NCBI GenBank assembly: GCA_964036045.1
Contig: OZ038378.1
Coordinates: 180,916,001 to 180,980,000 of the forward strand
From: Eutreptiella sp. 'Long Island Sound 2002'
Lineage: Eukaryota; Protista; Euglenida
Reading direction: 5' to 3'
DNA: 64,000 nucleotides
The notes beneath the pieces are model-generated. The model saw nothing but the letters and a program-made list of their open reading frames with translations. It had not been told where the DNA came from and ran no database searches. The position numbers and the translations under genes are program-made. This document shows, piece by piece, positions 12,292 through 25,587 of this stretch. Numbering within the stretch: the stretch's first letter is position 1; every line of letters begins with the position of its first letter.

Positions 12292-14199
12292 GCCGTCCGA
12301 ACCTCACAGGAAACAATTCAGTATGGCCCTGGCTCAATGTGCAAAGCATGGTTAACCCCCCCCCCGCCTTGCGAGAGCAACACCAAAATCCCAAAATTTG
12401 ATGAAAACAACACCGACCGCTGCTTTAACAAGGGAGCTTGTTTATAAAGGGCAAAGTAGGACATGATTCCAAAAGTTGCGGAAACAACACCTACCGTTGC
12501 TCTGACAAGGGTGCTGCTCTCGCAAAGAGGGGGGGGGGGGTAGTTAAGTGCACATCTATTCTTCTAGCTGACGTATCCAATGGTGAGCAACAGGGCGTTA
12601 CCACCCATTCTACTGGACAAATTTGGGGCCAGGGCATGAGTGCTGTGCAAGAAGAGGGCAAAAGAGAGGTGTGGTGTGTTGGCCTTTTTCATCTCGCATG
12701 TGCAGAGGGTGGATTGCCGTGTTTGGTGGTTGGATTGACAGTGGTGGGGTTGTCTATATACATTAATCATTCGGAGGAAGTCTATGTCTCGATGCAACCT
12801 TAACTTAACTCCAACGTCCTTGCCCTTTTTTTTCATCCTCCACTTGGGTGACACGAGCCACCATTTGGACAAAGCACAGAGCTCAAGAAATTGTGAGGGG
12901 TGCCTATCCATAATGGACCTTTCTTTCCTTGTTGGAATTTTTGGATTTGTGTAGCTTCGCCACTTCACGTAATGCCATTAAGAAAACTTCCGGACCCTTT
13001 GACCGGTTGCTTTCACATGTCACCATTGTGCAGGTCACTGGACACCGAGGGTAGTGCCCTAGGGGGAATGTTTGCCCGGCGCGCTACTTTTCTATTAACT
13101 ATCCCGACTTCAGCCCTAGATTTACCCTCTCATGGAGAAGCCCCCCAAGTAGACCACGTTGCACTGCACACCTTCCCTACAAAGCACGTTGCATAATAAA
13201 GCAATATCTGTGAATTCAGCAACTCCAACTGTCATCTGCATTCTACTTAACAAACAACATTGGTCCCACAAGTGTGGGTGTCAATACATTCAGTACAATA
13301 GTGCTCCTTACACTCATCATAAACTACGACGGTGGAGCGCTTCTGGCAACACAACACACACACTTCTGCCTCATCCTCTGCCTCATCTTGCGTGCCACAA
13401 CCGAGCAAACAGCTGCTCAATGCGTGCCCTATACCACCCGTGCACGTCATTGTAACATTGTTGGCGGGCTGTCAAAGTGCCATTCTTTCTTCCAATGAAT
13501 GGCACAATGACATGAATCCGGCCCTTATAAGCACCATCATGGCCCCCAACTTCAAAAACAAAGAAATCACCTCGGGTACGAGAAGGTCCATACCCATCCC
13601 AAATCAAAACATCTGCTAATGTCCCGGGGGCTCAGGGGCAAATCCATATAATGTTGCCCAACATATCAACAGCAACAGTCCACCGGTAGGGCACGGGTCA
13701 CAAAAGATGCCCGGCGCGCGCCCGGCGCGCTAACGCTCCCCCCTAATCCACAATAATTTGTCAACTTACAAGCACGGCTGCTCGATACCCATTATGTGCA
13801 GCGGCAAGCGCCACATTGAACGGCATTGTAAACCATAGTGCATACTGAGAGGATGCTAGCATTAGCAAGGGCGACCTTGTACACCATCCTGCCTTGCTGA
13901 TGTGAGAAGGTGGTGTTCTTGTTCTCCTTCATTCGATGCTTCAATTGTATCTCCAATTTGACAATTGTGTCTTCATTTTCCTGCAAGGTTTTTGTGCAAT
14001 TCCACAATCTTTATCTTGGAGAATGGAGACATGAATCAACTCTATATTGATGATCCACACCATCTCAACATCATCATGATACCAATCCCATACACGAACG
14101 GAAAACGGGGGTTCAAAATGGAGCAGAATTGAAAACTTTCATATCCAACAGGAGCATGAAGCATGCATCTCATGCACTGATAACGAAAAATATGCACAC

Positions 14200-14236
<37 letters not shown>

Positions 14237-14760
14237 GCGCGCGCGCATGCTCGCGCGCATACACGCGCACTCAACAAGAGGCCCACTCGAAACCACCAAG
14301 GCAGGAATTTCTAGAGGCTTTTAGATGCTTCCTGAGTGCTTCGTATGACACATGGTTCCTTTGACTTGTTGATGCCTTCTGGGTTGTTGTTGTTACTCCA
14401 TGATGACCCCCTTGGGGTTGCTGTTCATTCTTGGTGGCTTCTGAATGGTTGCTATTCTTTCTTGAATTGATATGGATTGGTATGGATGGCTTCTTACCCA
14501 GAGCCACAAGCTCTGCATTGAATCAGGGCTGAGGCTGCCAAGCCAGTTCCTCACTGGGAATGCAAGTTGAAACTTCACTTGATTCCGGTGGCACGTGACT
14601 GGGGATTGGGACTGATGTGACAGTAGAAACCATGGTTATCAGGGTGACCCACGACAAAGACATGGTATGTGTCATGTGGCCAATACTGTCACAGCAGAAA
14701 TCGTGCGGGAAGAGTAAGAGGGAGCCCCACCACAGCACACTTCACACAACACTGTGATAT

Positions 14761-14802
14761 TGGGCCTGAAATGGGGCAAAAGCAGTGCCCACGTAAACCG
14801 AC
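14761..14802. repeat. Short dispersed repeat shared with 2861-2903
   Basis: tgggcctgaaatggggcaaaa(a)gcagtgcccac..aaccgac at both positions. Confidence 0.8.
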
Positions 14803-16489
14803 TTTGCACGGCCACACAACCCCTCTCGATCGTAGCCACACAAGGAGTGGAACCAGGAGCGGCTGCCAGAACAAGAGTGCACTGCTGCGGCTCGGCCGCC
14901 CTTGGGGTTCACCATTGAAGCAAGAGGGGTGGGCCCATGGGGTGGCATAGTTGTGTCAACCTAAGGTGTCCTTCCATGCACCAACGCAAAGCAACAAGCA
15001 ACAATGCAGCACCCAGAATGCATTTGCAAGCTCAACTAGCCGGTGAGCACAGTCGCCAATGATGCCATACAGTTCCCTCCCAGTGTTGTGTTTGCCTTAA
15101 CATCACACCAACTTCAAATGCAAAGCGGGCTGAAAACTTTGTGGTTTCCTCTGCCACAACAATGCCTGACGTCGCGCTGAGTGACTGTGCAACGGGGGCA
15201 AGGGGCCAGGTCGCGCATCTGACACTTGAAAGAAAGCTGCTGTCTAGCCGAGTAACCATCTGTGTAATGCCCCCGGTTACAGCATCTCCTGCTGAGCGAG
15301 AAAGCCTGCTGCATGTGCTGCATGCCTTCCGTGCATGATCCCTGCAAGTAGTCTACGCGACCAAGATGGGTTCTAAAATCTTGAAGAATGGATTCCCCAT
15401 TCCAAAAATAGCGCGGGGGGGGGGGATTGCTTGTTGGCTGTCGACTCCTCAAGGTTGGTCCCACCAACCGCTCCCCTGCCCCTTCCCCGCGCGAAAACAC
15501 CAACGTATGGGTGGGAAACTACAGCACATTTACTCAGAAATCGAGCTCTCAATAAAAGGGTAGTGTACTGCACCTCTGGTCTGGTCTGGCACATCCTTTG
15601 CTCCCTGCGTTCTCCTGCCAGGACCACCCCACGACATGGAATCCCTGCATATATAGGCGGCTGTCCTTCAACGAACCTGGCAGTGGTGCAGAGTTTTGCA
15701 TGTGCTGCCCGGTGGGGGCCAGCCCAGCATGCTCCAAAAAATGAGAAAGAGCCGTCAACAAGTCATGGCTGACAATCAAGGCACCACAGGGTTGCCGTGT
15801 GTAGACATGGCAGTGTTTACCCCGCCCCCCCTCCCCCCCGTGTCCAGCGAACAATAAAGTCCTCAAAAAAATACGATCCGAACTGCACACGCCGTTCGTT
15901 ACCTACTTACTTCAGTACCTAAACCTGGTGCCTAACTCATCAGGTCCCAACAAACACGGTCCGAATGGAAGTGCTTGTTGGACAAGACATTCGTTGGACA
16001 CGGGGGCGAGGGGCAGGACAAGGAATGGTGCTGAAGACATGTGCGCTTAGCCCATGGGGACGAGGCTCAGGGCCCAGTCATATATTGGTGACTCCGATGC
16101 TCTGCCCCCCTGCCCCCTGTTGGCTCAATATCAGGTTATGTCTGTGGGTGTGGGCTGACAGAAGCGACGCCGCAATACATGACGGCTGCTTCTGCCAGTC
16201 CTGAAATTTATAGATCAGTCGTGGTGCAGATTGAAGAGCGCTCGTCGAATGAACAAAGGGGCCTCCCAGCCACTGCACCGATGGAGGTGCTCCAGTGCTC
16301 AGCCATGAGTAGCATGGAATGAAGGTGAGGACCAGCGATAAAAGACTAAGGCAATATTGCCACTCATGCCGGTTAGAGGGTAACCGACAGCGGTTTGTCT
16401 GCAACAGGCGGCGGCCGTGGGCAGTTGCCAGCGATTGATGGGTAACTGGCAGTCGTCGAAGGGTCACCGATAGCCATTGACAGATAACA

Positions 16490-16856
16490 CCCCGCCCCCC
16501 TGTCCAAGCTACGAAAAAGTTCCATATTAACACGGTCCCTACGCCTACTGTCGCTTAGACAGGGCCGTAGCTTACGTGGAGCACAGGGAAATGGGAATTG
16601 TTGCGCTGGTGCAAGCAACAGGTCAGGATAACAGGAGAATGCTCATGGCCCCTCGTATGAAACATTTGTGGGTACCATTGGGCAAACAAGAACAACTCAA
16701 ATGCCCCTTGGCCCACCAAACGTGACATTTTGGCCCCAAACCCTTGTCTTATGGGTTGCAGCAAAATCGGTACCCAATCAAATTAGGCGCCAAATTAATA
16801 TGGTCCCTACGCCCACTGTAGCTCGGACAAGACCGTAGCTTGGACAAATAGGGGGG
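16490..16856. mobile_element. MITE of the pogo-like family (TIR: C-run + tgtccaagctacg)
   Basis: cccccc-tgtccaagctacg at 16491-16513 is inverted with cgtagcttggacaaataggggg at 16834-16856, followed by TA. Internal ggtccctacgcc.actgt motif occurs twice. Confidence 0.7.
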
Positions 16857-17931
16857 TAGTTATAGCGGTAGTTACGTGGGGTGTTAAGAAAAAACGTTGT
16901 GCATGTTCTTGAAGACTATTCTGTTGTGCAATACAGGACGTCAAACTCCGCATCATCAACAACCAGGGGCGGTACCAATATGGGGGGGGGTTGATGTATG
17001 TGAGCAGAAAACATGACAGCAAAAACAAATTCTTGGCAGAGGGAGAAAGAAGGAATGCATTGTTAGGAGCGCAGCCCTTGCGCTGCTGGGTGTTGCACCC
17101 CCCCCTCGAGCTGTCCTGAGTCGGATAGCATGAGAGAGGCAGGGGGAGAGTTAGACCAGGTCCTCTCAAGCCCCGGATGGCACTTCATTATATGCGTGGT
17201 TTATTTCTCCGATGTTCCTGAGGGAAATACCACAGAGCAGTCTCATCCACAGCCAAACAGTGCATTGGCACGAAAAACTGCTGTGACAACGCAAAGCAGC
17301 GGAAACTGATGTAACTGCAGTACAGAGCAGCACAAAGGAGGCCTGTGCGTGACAGTATGCGGCACTTTGGCATGGAAATGCCACAGGGATACATCAGTGG
17401 CGCCAAAGTGCCGCCAACATTGTACTGCCTCGTAGAATCCTGTAAGACCCTTCATAAAAAAAAGATCGCACAAAATCCGTCACAAGAGGAGGAAACTAGT
17501 ACACGAAAAATTGTTCCACAGAATTTCTGCCCGTGGAAAGTTCCCTCACAATTTGCCCCCCTTTTTTTCTAGCCCCAGCATTTAATTGCAGGCACTGAAC
17601 CGTCATCCATTTGCAGCTGATATCTGTAGACAAGAGGAAAGGGCCCTTATATTACACCCACACCCAGAACTATAGCCGTTATGTTCCATGTGCTTTCACA
17701 CAATGTAGGACTGAGAGAACTCAGGCTCTGTAACTCCAGGACTCGTTTATTGCTGGGCGACTGGACGGAGGGCAGAGGGGGTGTCCTTGCACTGCACGCG
17801 CACTGCGCGCTACTTTTAGACTAGGTTCTCCTCGAAGAGCCCCTAGGCACAGCCCTTCCAAACACCCCTAAATTTAGGTCACCCAAACTAGCCTAGCTGA
17901 AGACAAATGCAAGCTACCTTCCCTGCACATA

Positions 17932-19338
17932 CCCCCCCCCTTGTCCAAGCAACGGTAAATGACCAGAAATTGACGGAACCAACGCCCAGTGTTGCGTTTC
18001 TTACGCGCCGGAACTTGCATGGTACACATAGACCGTCCTGAGGGGGTTTGAAGCGGAGATGGTGGGACACAAGCAAAAGGCTGACATGTGCAACATAACA
18101 CTCATGAGCAGTGATCATTGGGGAGCAAAACTGGTACGCTCAGTTTGAAAACTTCGAACATTACGGGTTCACAGGCTCAGAAATGAAGCCCTTCTTGGTC
18201 AAGCTATAACGCATTGTGAACTGCTAGACGTGCTTCTTCTTCTTGCCCTGTGCCTCACCCTTTGCCGGAGGTTTGGGTGCAGGTTTTGGGGCTGGTTTTG
18301 GGGTTGGTTTTGGGGCTGGTTTTGGGACAGCAATATGTGAAGGGATGCAAGCATCATCCACCAGATCTCTGGTGAATTACAACTTTCCGTTGAAGACATG
18401 CCCCAAACCACAAATGCCTCTATCCGCTTTTGCCCACACAATATCCACAACTCGTCGTTCTTGGCTCTCTTTGCGGGAGCCACCTCTGAATCCCCACCAC
18501 TAGTGGACTGAGAATCAGATTCAGGATCAGAGTCGGAATCAGAATCTGAATCCTCATCAGAACTTGATCCATCAGAGCTGGGGGCCATGCCCAGATCCGA
18601 ATCAGAATCTGACTCCGGATGTGGCTCAAACTCAAAATTCATTGCATGCCCTTCGGTGAAAAATCCAACATCCTCAAACTGTGACAGTTTGAGGCCTCCG
18701 GGGAAGTATGCCTTTTTAAATGCCTCACGAATGGCAGCATCAGAAATTTGTGCACAAACTGCAGCCACCATGTTTGCAGACTCCTGATTGTCTGGACAAG
18801 GGATGGGACTCTTGTCAGACAATTTCAGCTCATCAATTTTGTCACTAATCCATTCACAATATTGTTGCGACATCCACCTATTGAAATTCCCATTTATCTC
18901 AACCTTGTCGCATGCGGCAGCCCAAGGGGTGCCATTGGGAAACGGATCTTGTCCAACAATGCAGACTCATGTGTTAGATACTCAATTGCCAAGTAATCTG
19001 CACCTCTGGGAGAGGGACCAATGACAACACTGCGACTTTCTGCACCACTGGACCGCGTGTAGTACAATGGCCAACCTGGCTTTATCCAAGACATGGTGTA
19101 CTATTCTGAAAACCAAGAGGCAAAACACGCTACAAATGCCCTCTTGGCCAACAGAGCTGCTTTGACACAAAATATGAACGTTGTGCATCTCAAAATCACG
19201 GTATCAGGAAGTAGACACGGCACACAGTACAATGAATTAAAAAACGCACCGCCAAAATCAACGGTGCAAAAATTGATGGAACCAACGCCTAGTGTTGCTT
19301 GGACATAGGCGTTGCCTGGACAGGGGGGGGGGGGGGGG
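17932..19338 (-). mobile_element. Internally deleted pogo/Tigger-like (DDE_1) DNA transposon with TIRs
   Basis: TA then C9-ttgtccaagcaacg at the left; cgttgcctggaca-G-run at the right. Minus strand encodes FPNGTPWAAACDKVEINGNFNRWMSQQYCEW...ISDAAIREAFKKAYF, which resembles the third-Asp region and C-terminal helix of pogo transposases, followed by an acidic tail. Confidence 0.7.
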
Positions 19339-21597
19339 TTGACACAAGGCCTCGGTATCTGAGGGGGGGGGGGGGCAAGACATCATGCAAAATGCGGAAA
19401 GCCTCGGGTGTGCCCCTACACACAGAGCCCAATGCTTGCCACAACCCACCATAGGTCAAAGACATGAAAGGAGAAGAGGAGTGAGTCTCTAGGGCGAGGC
19501 TCTCAAATAGCGCCAACCCTTAGGCTTTATCTGCAAGCAACTCAACTAGCCTCAGCAGTTCACCTTGGTAGTTCTGGGACAAGTATTTGACCACAACAGA
19601 GTTCAAACGCCCATGGGGCAAAAGAAATGCTGAGCAGGACTCCCAGGTGGCCTCATCCACGCCATACCCTTCCCAGGGGTAAGGAAGCGCCAACCTTGAC
19701 AGTAGCAATGGCGGAGTACTAACTTCACCAAGTAGAAGCCTTCCTTAGCCATTTCTTCGGCGTGCCTGTGAGGGAGAGTTTCTTCAACTTCATTAGGGCT
19801 GGCAGCACCCTATAAGTCTAACGCCGCTACCTCCTCATCATTGAGCTCCCATTCTTCCCCCTGATGCACAAAGTACCACAAAGTACGGGTTTACTACGGC
19901 CGGACGCCCAAATATTTGCACTGCGCGCGCACTGCGCTTAGAGCGCAGTGAGAGAATGCAGAGAAAGGAGAAGGGAGAGGTGGCCTTGTGGCACTGGCAC
20001 TGATGCAGCACCGGAGTGGGCTTGCCACGTTGTTTAGCTCTACACCCCCCATTGTGTTGCATCAGGCGCATCCATCGCACAAGTGGTGTTTCATGTCCCG
20101 GTTCAGGGGTTGGTTGTGAAGAACATGGGATCCCCACACAAAGCAGGGCTGCTGGCGAACCCCATGCTGCCGGCGAACCCCATGTTACAACGGAAATGCA
20201 CACCCCCAACATCCAGTTTCGACCACAACATTTATGCCCCCCTCCTGGAGCAAACATGACCCAGGTTCCAGAAACCGACGATACCCTGCTTAGACAATGC
20301 CGTGCGAACATGCGGAGAAGAGGGTGCATGTTGAATATTAGCCAAGGCTCCCAATCATACCAAAACCAACCAAAATCGCTCTCCAGAAGCACAACGCTGT
20401 GATGGGCACAAACAGGGGGGAGGCAGTTCCTCGAAAAATCGGCAAAATCGAAAAATCACTTCCCGGGTATTTTCAAACTGCGGGGTTTGGGGGGTTGAGG
20501 GCGTTTGAGGGCAATGGTGCTCTCACAGGCTTTTGAAATAATTCTAGGCTGCTTCTTCTGATGGCAGTAACCGGCCCGGCCCATGCAGGATAGGAGATAC
20601 CACATGGCACGACACTGTCACGCCCCAACCATTGAGAAAAGGGGTCCTGCATCCAAAAACCCTTTCGACAACCCCCAAGAGGCATTTTTAAAACAAGAGG
20701 GAGGGGGTTCACAGGTCCCGGCATGGTGTCCAGGTTCTGAGCCCCCCCCCCCCCCCCATGGGGGACAAACAAGTCGTACACGCATGCCCCAGCCTCGCTT
20801 TACCGGTGCTCCCATACACAATGGACTCACATTCTTGCAAATTTACATTCCGCGCCCAAAATTGGCGGTCCTAACAATCACGGCACCATCAGGCCACCAG
20901 GCCAGACGCAGGGGCAGTCCACAAGGGCAAAACGGAACCTTCCCCCCTTGGGCCAACAAGCTGTTAGCGCATGAGGATGGTGAAACGATGAGAACGGGGC
21001 ACGCTACGTGCTGACTATCATCCGTTCAGAGGCACCTGGCTGCCATGCATTTACAGCTGATATCAATAGACAGGAGGAAAGGGGTCTTATATTCCGCCCA
21101 CATCGGAGCGAGAGCCCGTCTGCTACGTGTGCGATCACACAACTGTAACTCTAGGGCTCGATAGTGCTGGGCCAAGCCCACGCTGGTGCTGCATCAGTGC
21201 GCAAGGCCACTCCATGTCCCTTTGTCTGCAACCTGCCGTCTGTCCAGCCGCATGCCCTGTCCCTTATGTCAGCCTGTCTCCGTACCAGATCGCACCCTCA
21301 GCCACACGGGTGCCGGAGGCACAGCTGGCGTACGCTCAGCTCGCGTACGCCCAGCTCAAAACCAACCAGCTGCTTCCCAGCGGAAGACAGAAGTAAGAGG
21401 GTAAGAGAAGCGGGGGGTCACGTTGCGTACAACCATCACATTTGCCTCCCGTTGCCGCTCCTGCTCACCTGACACTCACGTTATATACGGTGCTTCCATG
21501 GGCATGTGCGTGCGCGCGTGTGTGTGCAGTTGCAGGCGTGCTCAGCACGTAGATACGTCTCCCAGGTGATGAGATAGGAATCAGCCACATCCATGAT

Positions 21598-23380
21598 ATG
21601 GCATGGCAAAGCCTCCCTTGGGGCGGGATGCGGCAGAGAGTATCGATAGTGTCGCAACCTCAAGAAATTCGGATGTGCAATGGTGCGACAGCCTGCTCAT
21701 TCTATTCAACTGCCATATCTGGCGTTGGACCGAATCCCGGGCCACGATTGAGTATCCCGGGCGGGGACAGACGTTGTTTTAAGGTCGCTGGTGCTATTTG
21801 GATAACTATTGCAAGCGTTTGGGGACTGGTGCCAGGGAAATTGCGGCCCATGTGAAGCACCGCTGCTCCCTGCCTTTGCCGTGCAAGGAGCAAGGACGAC
21901 GCGAGAATGCCGCCTCACACCCACATCCACCTGCTGGGCCGTACCGCGGGTTCAAACCCAAGCTCATGCCCGGCGAGAGGCACCGGGCCGCCATTGAATG
22001 TAGCCGCCGAAAGCAGCTGCAATGTGCCCACCGTAGTACCCAGTAGGACCGTGTCACCCGTGCATACACAAACCGTCACTTATTTTGTTGGATGTGCTCT
22101 GCATGCACTGTCTCAGGATTCATCGACAGCGGACAGTGACAGTACTGTCTGTTGCAGGCACCAGTAATTCGGGGCATGAGTTGGTTGCTTTAAGATGCGC
22201 GCAACGCTCATGCAACCACTGGGACACCTGAAGATTTAGCACGTGCACAAGGTTGGGCACATGTGTTCCGATGTAAGGAGGAAGGATTGTGCAAGTCTGG
22301 TGATGGATGACATATGGGGCCGCTTGACAGACGACGGATCCTGCGAAGGCGACTGAGCGGCGGGCCGACAGGCCATAGAGGCTGGTGTTGCACCACGTGC
22401 ACCGCTACAACACTCATAACAGACACCCGGTCTTTGACACGCAGAAAGTCTCTGTGCGTATGCTGGGCTCTGGGCCAGCCTCTACTTCCAGCTGTCAAGG
22501 GAGGGGGGCGGGTTAAAGCGTGGAGCTGTGAGGCAGTGCCGTGCGGTGGCATGTGGTGCACACACAGTGCAGCAGCATTGCCATACAGATCAATTGGCTT
22601 CGGGGTGATTTATCGACCCCGCTGCTTCTACCCCTTCGGGACGGCCAGAACATAACCCCCCCCCCCCCCTGCGCTTGCGCAGACAATGGCAAAGGCACTG
22701 AAAGTTGCGGAAACAACGCCCAGCTTTCTTTGGGCGAGGGCGTGTTGTCTCAGACTAAGCCAAGTGACTTTGGCATTGGCTGTGTTGGAGAACATGTTGA
22801 CATGCATGAGGTTGTGAAAAGGGCCTGTGGAGGCGCAGCAAACAAACCATCACCCGGACCAGCAATCCATGCCAAACCATACCAAAGATACCAACCAAGC
22901 AATGGAGCCGCCAAAAGCTATGCTTCCACCAGTCACGGAAACAGCGCGCTGATCATTCTGAGGAGCGTGCCATGCAGTAGGGAAAAAACTTGAAAACATA
23001 TTCAAACCAGCACAAATCTTCAGCAATTCCGTTTCCATCCCCAATGGCCCCTTTCCCCCGCAAATGAATACTTCAACTCATCAGAGCTCATTGTGCAGTT
23101 TCTGCGAATAGTGGCATTTGGCACACACCCCAGGACTGTCAAAGTGCCTCCTCAGGCAAGAGAAGCATCAGCCCCACTGAAGGCCACGCAGGCGAATCCA
23201 CGCCTGTGCGGACCCTGATGTAGGATACGGGGTGTGCGCATCCCGTGCGATGGTCTCAGTTGTGGATACTTTGCTGTTGGATAACCTGCCACCTGAACCC
23301 CGCAGATCACCACTCGCCATTGCAGTCTTTTTTGGTGTGCAGACGCTCTTAAACCTACCATAGGTCCTCAAGATGTCAGC
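21598..23380 (+). mobile_element. Highly degenerate non-LTR retroelement relic with a 2A-like NPGP motif near its 5' end
   Basis: SGVGPNPGP at 21718-21744. Fragmentary downstream frames end in a Cys/His-containing stretch near 23200-23340. Many stops. Confidence 0.3.
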
Positions 23381-23497
23381 ATATTGGGCTCAGAACGGCA
23401 GTCGTCTACCCAAGTCAAGCACTTCAGGGAACATCTTTTAGTGCTGCTAGTGCCTGAACCCCAATCTCTCCCACTGAGTTTCAGTGAAAGTTGAGCT

Positions 23498-24542
23498 TCA
23501 GTGCACTAAAGTGCTCATGTCTCCCACTGCATTGCCACCAAGATTGAGGGTAAGATTATGAAGTGATGGGGCATCCTTCAGTGCTGCAAGTGCCTGTGTC
23601 CCAATATCTCCCACTACATTACAACACAGATTGAGGGTAAAAGTATGCAGTGTCGGGGCATCCTTCAGCGCTGCCAGCGCCTGTGCCCCCATGTCTCCCA
23701 CTGCATTCCTCTGGAGATCCAGGGTAAGCGTATGTAGAGAGGGGGCATCCTTCAGTGATGCCAGCGCCTGTGCCCCCGCAGTTCGCACGGAATTCCCATG
23801 CAGATTGAGAGTGAGTGTATGCAGGAAGGGTGCGTCCTTCAGCGCTGCAAGTGCCTGTGCACCCATGTCCCCCACTACATTCCCCTGAAGATCGAGGATG
23901 AAAGTCTGCAGACAGGGGGTATCCTTAAGTGTTGCAAGGGCCCGTGCCCCAGGGGTTCGCAAACAATTGCCCCCAAGATTGAGACTGAGTGTATGTAGGA
24001 AGGGGGCACCCTTCAGTGCTGCAAGTGCCTGTGCACCTATGTCTTCCATGGCAGTGCCCTGAAGGTTCAGCGTTAGTACATGCAGTGAGGGGGCATCCTG
24101 CAGTGCATGCCAGGACTCAAATGCCAGGAGCCCCATCTGCCCCACTGGGCTGCCTTGGAGATTGAGAGTCAGTGTATGCAGTAAGGGTGTGTGCCTCAGT
24201 GCCTGTGCCAGTGCGTATACCTCTGCCCGACACATGTACATGTGATGGTATGTTGTGTGTGCTGCATCCAGCTTCAGCGTGTGCAGATTTGGTGCCGCTT
24301 TCAGCACAGCAGCTAAATCGGTCGGGTACGGGGAGTTTTGCACCGTCAGTTGCAGAGATCGAATGTTCTCCCAGGAAACAGCCGCGTGCTTCAGACTTTG
24401 GTCAGCCTTGCACATCAACGTGACGTGACTCCACTCAAATGTTTCCCTGAGCCTTCGACAGACTTGACCCAATGATACTGTACTTGCGAAGTCCGCAATG
24501 ACATCCCACACTTCCTCAGGTAATTGAAATACTGCCTGGGAC
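23498..24542 (-). CDS. F-box / 28-residue RI-like leucine-rich-repeat protein (main exon; 5' exon not found, 3' end frameshifted)
   Basis: F-box QLPEEVWDVIADF..LGQVCRRL. Tandem repeats of LHTLTLNLxGNxVGDxGAQALAALKDAPx. Acceptor ctctctgcag|G at 24543. A further repeat fragment (VGEIGVQALAALKDVP) lies out of frame after the stop. Confidence 0.8.
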
Positions 24543-24899
24543 CTGCAGAGAGGCAGGACGGGGTGTGGGCAGTGGCTCTTGAGAATATTGGAGGCTGGGT
24601 TTTGGCTGTTTCAGAGCACCAAACCCTTACAATGCAATTCCACAGGACGGGCGGAGTGCAAAGCTCGACCTCCTCTGGGGTGTTAGATCCAGTGCCCCTG
24701 AGTACTCAGCTGAAGAGGCAGGGCCACACGCCTTGCCACGTCCAGCCAAGGCCAGCCATGTGATTGCATGGGAACGAAACAAAGGGAACCGGAAATACAG
24801 TGACGGGGGCCCTTAGGGCACATGCAACTACTGGGCATCCAGTGCCATGCACAAAAGGTCACTGTCCGGACAGATTCACCCGTTTTCTTGTGTTTAGTC

Positions 24900-25200
24900 C
24901 CGTATTTTTGTTTTGTGTTGCATTGGGAGAGGATGGAGTCCTTGTGAAGTGCTGTATCGTGTAAATAACTCGGGTACCCAGTGGCGGACAGTACTTCTCC
25001 TTGTAGTACCAAAGGCAATGCATTGCTGCCCACTTTCCACCCCCTTGTGATCGAGCCGCCCATGACAAATACCCCCTTCCACAACACCTCGCAATACTCG
25101 TGGCCCATTCTGTGGATCACGGGCCTCAGAGGGTCACCTGTTTGATTCCCAGGCTGGGCCCTGTGGCCAAATCCAGAGCCATAAAGAGCATGAAGCGCCC
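24900..25200 (-). mobile_element. Possible Penelope-like RT relic
   Basis: GDPLRPVIHRMGHEYCEVL resembles the Penelope RT P.RPIV..G.P.Y motif. Single-motif evidence only. Confidence 0.25.
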
Positions 25201-25587
25201 CAAAGAAATGGTTTGAGAGTCCCATAACCCCCTAAGAAGAGTTGTAGGTGATGGCGTGCTACGGAAACGTACTAGGCAATGTACAAAGCCAATGCATTCA
25301 CCCTGGCCTCGTCATTTCCTGCTCAATTTTGCATGGGATATGGACCTTTGCTGTTTCTCTGACAATTATGCGCAGGAGGGAATAATTGCCCTGTCCACAC
25401 ACTGCACAACCTTGCGAGTTGCCACTTCCGGCAACTTTACCTAGAAAATGCCCCCAAATGGATGTATCAAAGACAGGGAGGGTATCTCTACCAAAACACA
25501 TGCACAGGCAGCCTTCTGTACAATGCGTGCACAGCATTTCCAATGCACACTTTCTGAGGAAAATCTTGGATTGGTGGTAAACTTGTA

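Noticed and set aside
12400-13620. Possible Penelope/DIRS RT fragments
   Set aside because: Only vague motif resemblance, with many stops.
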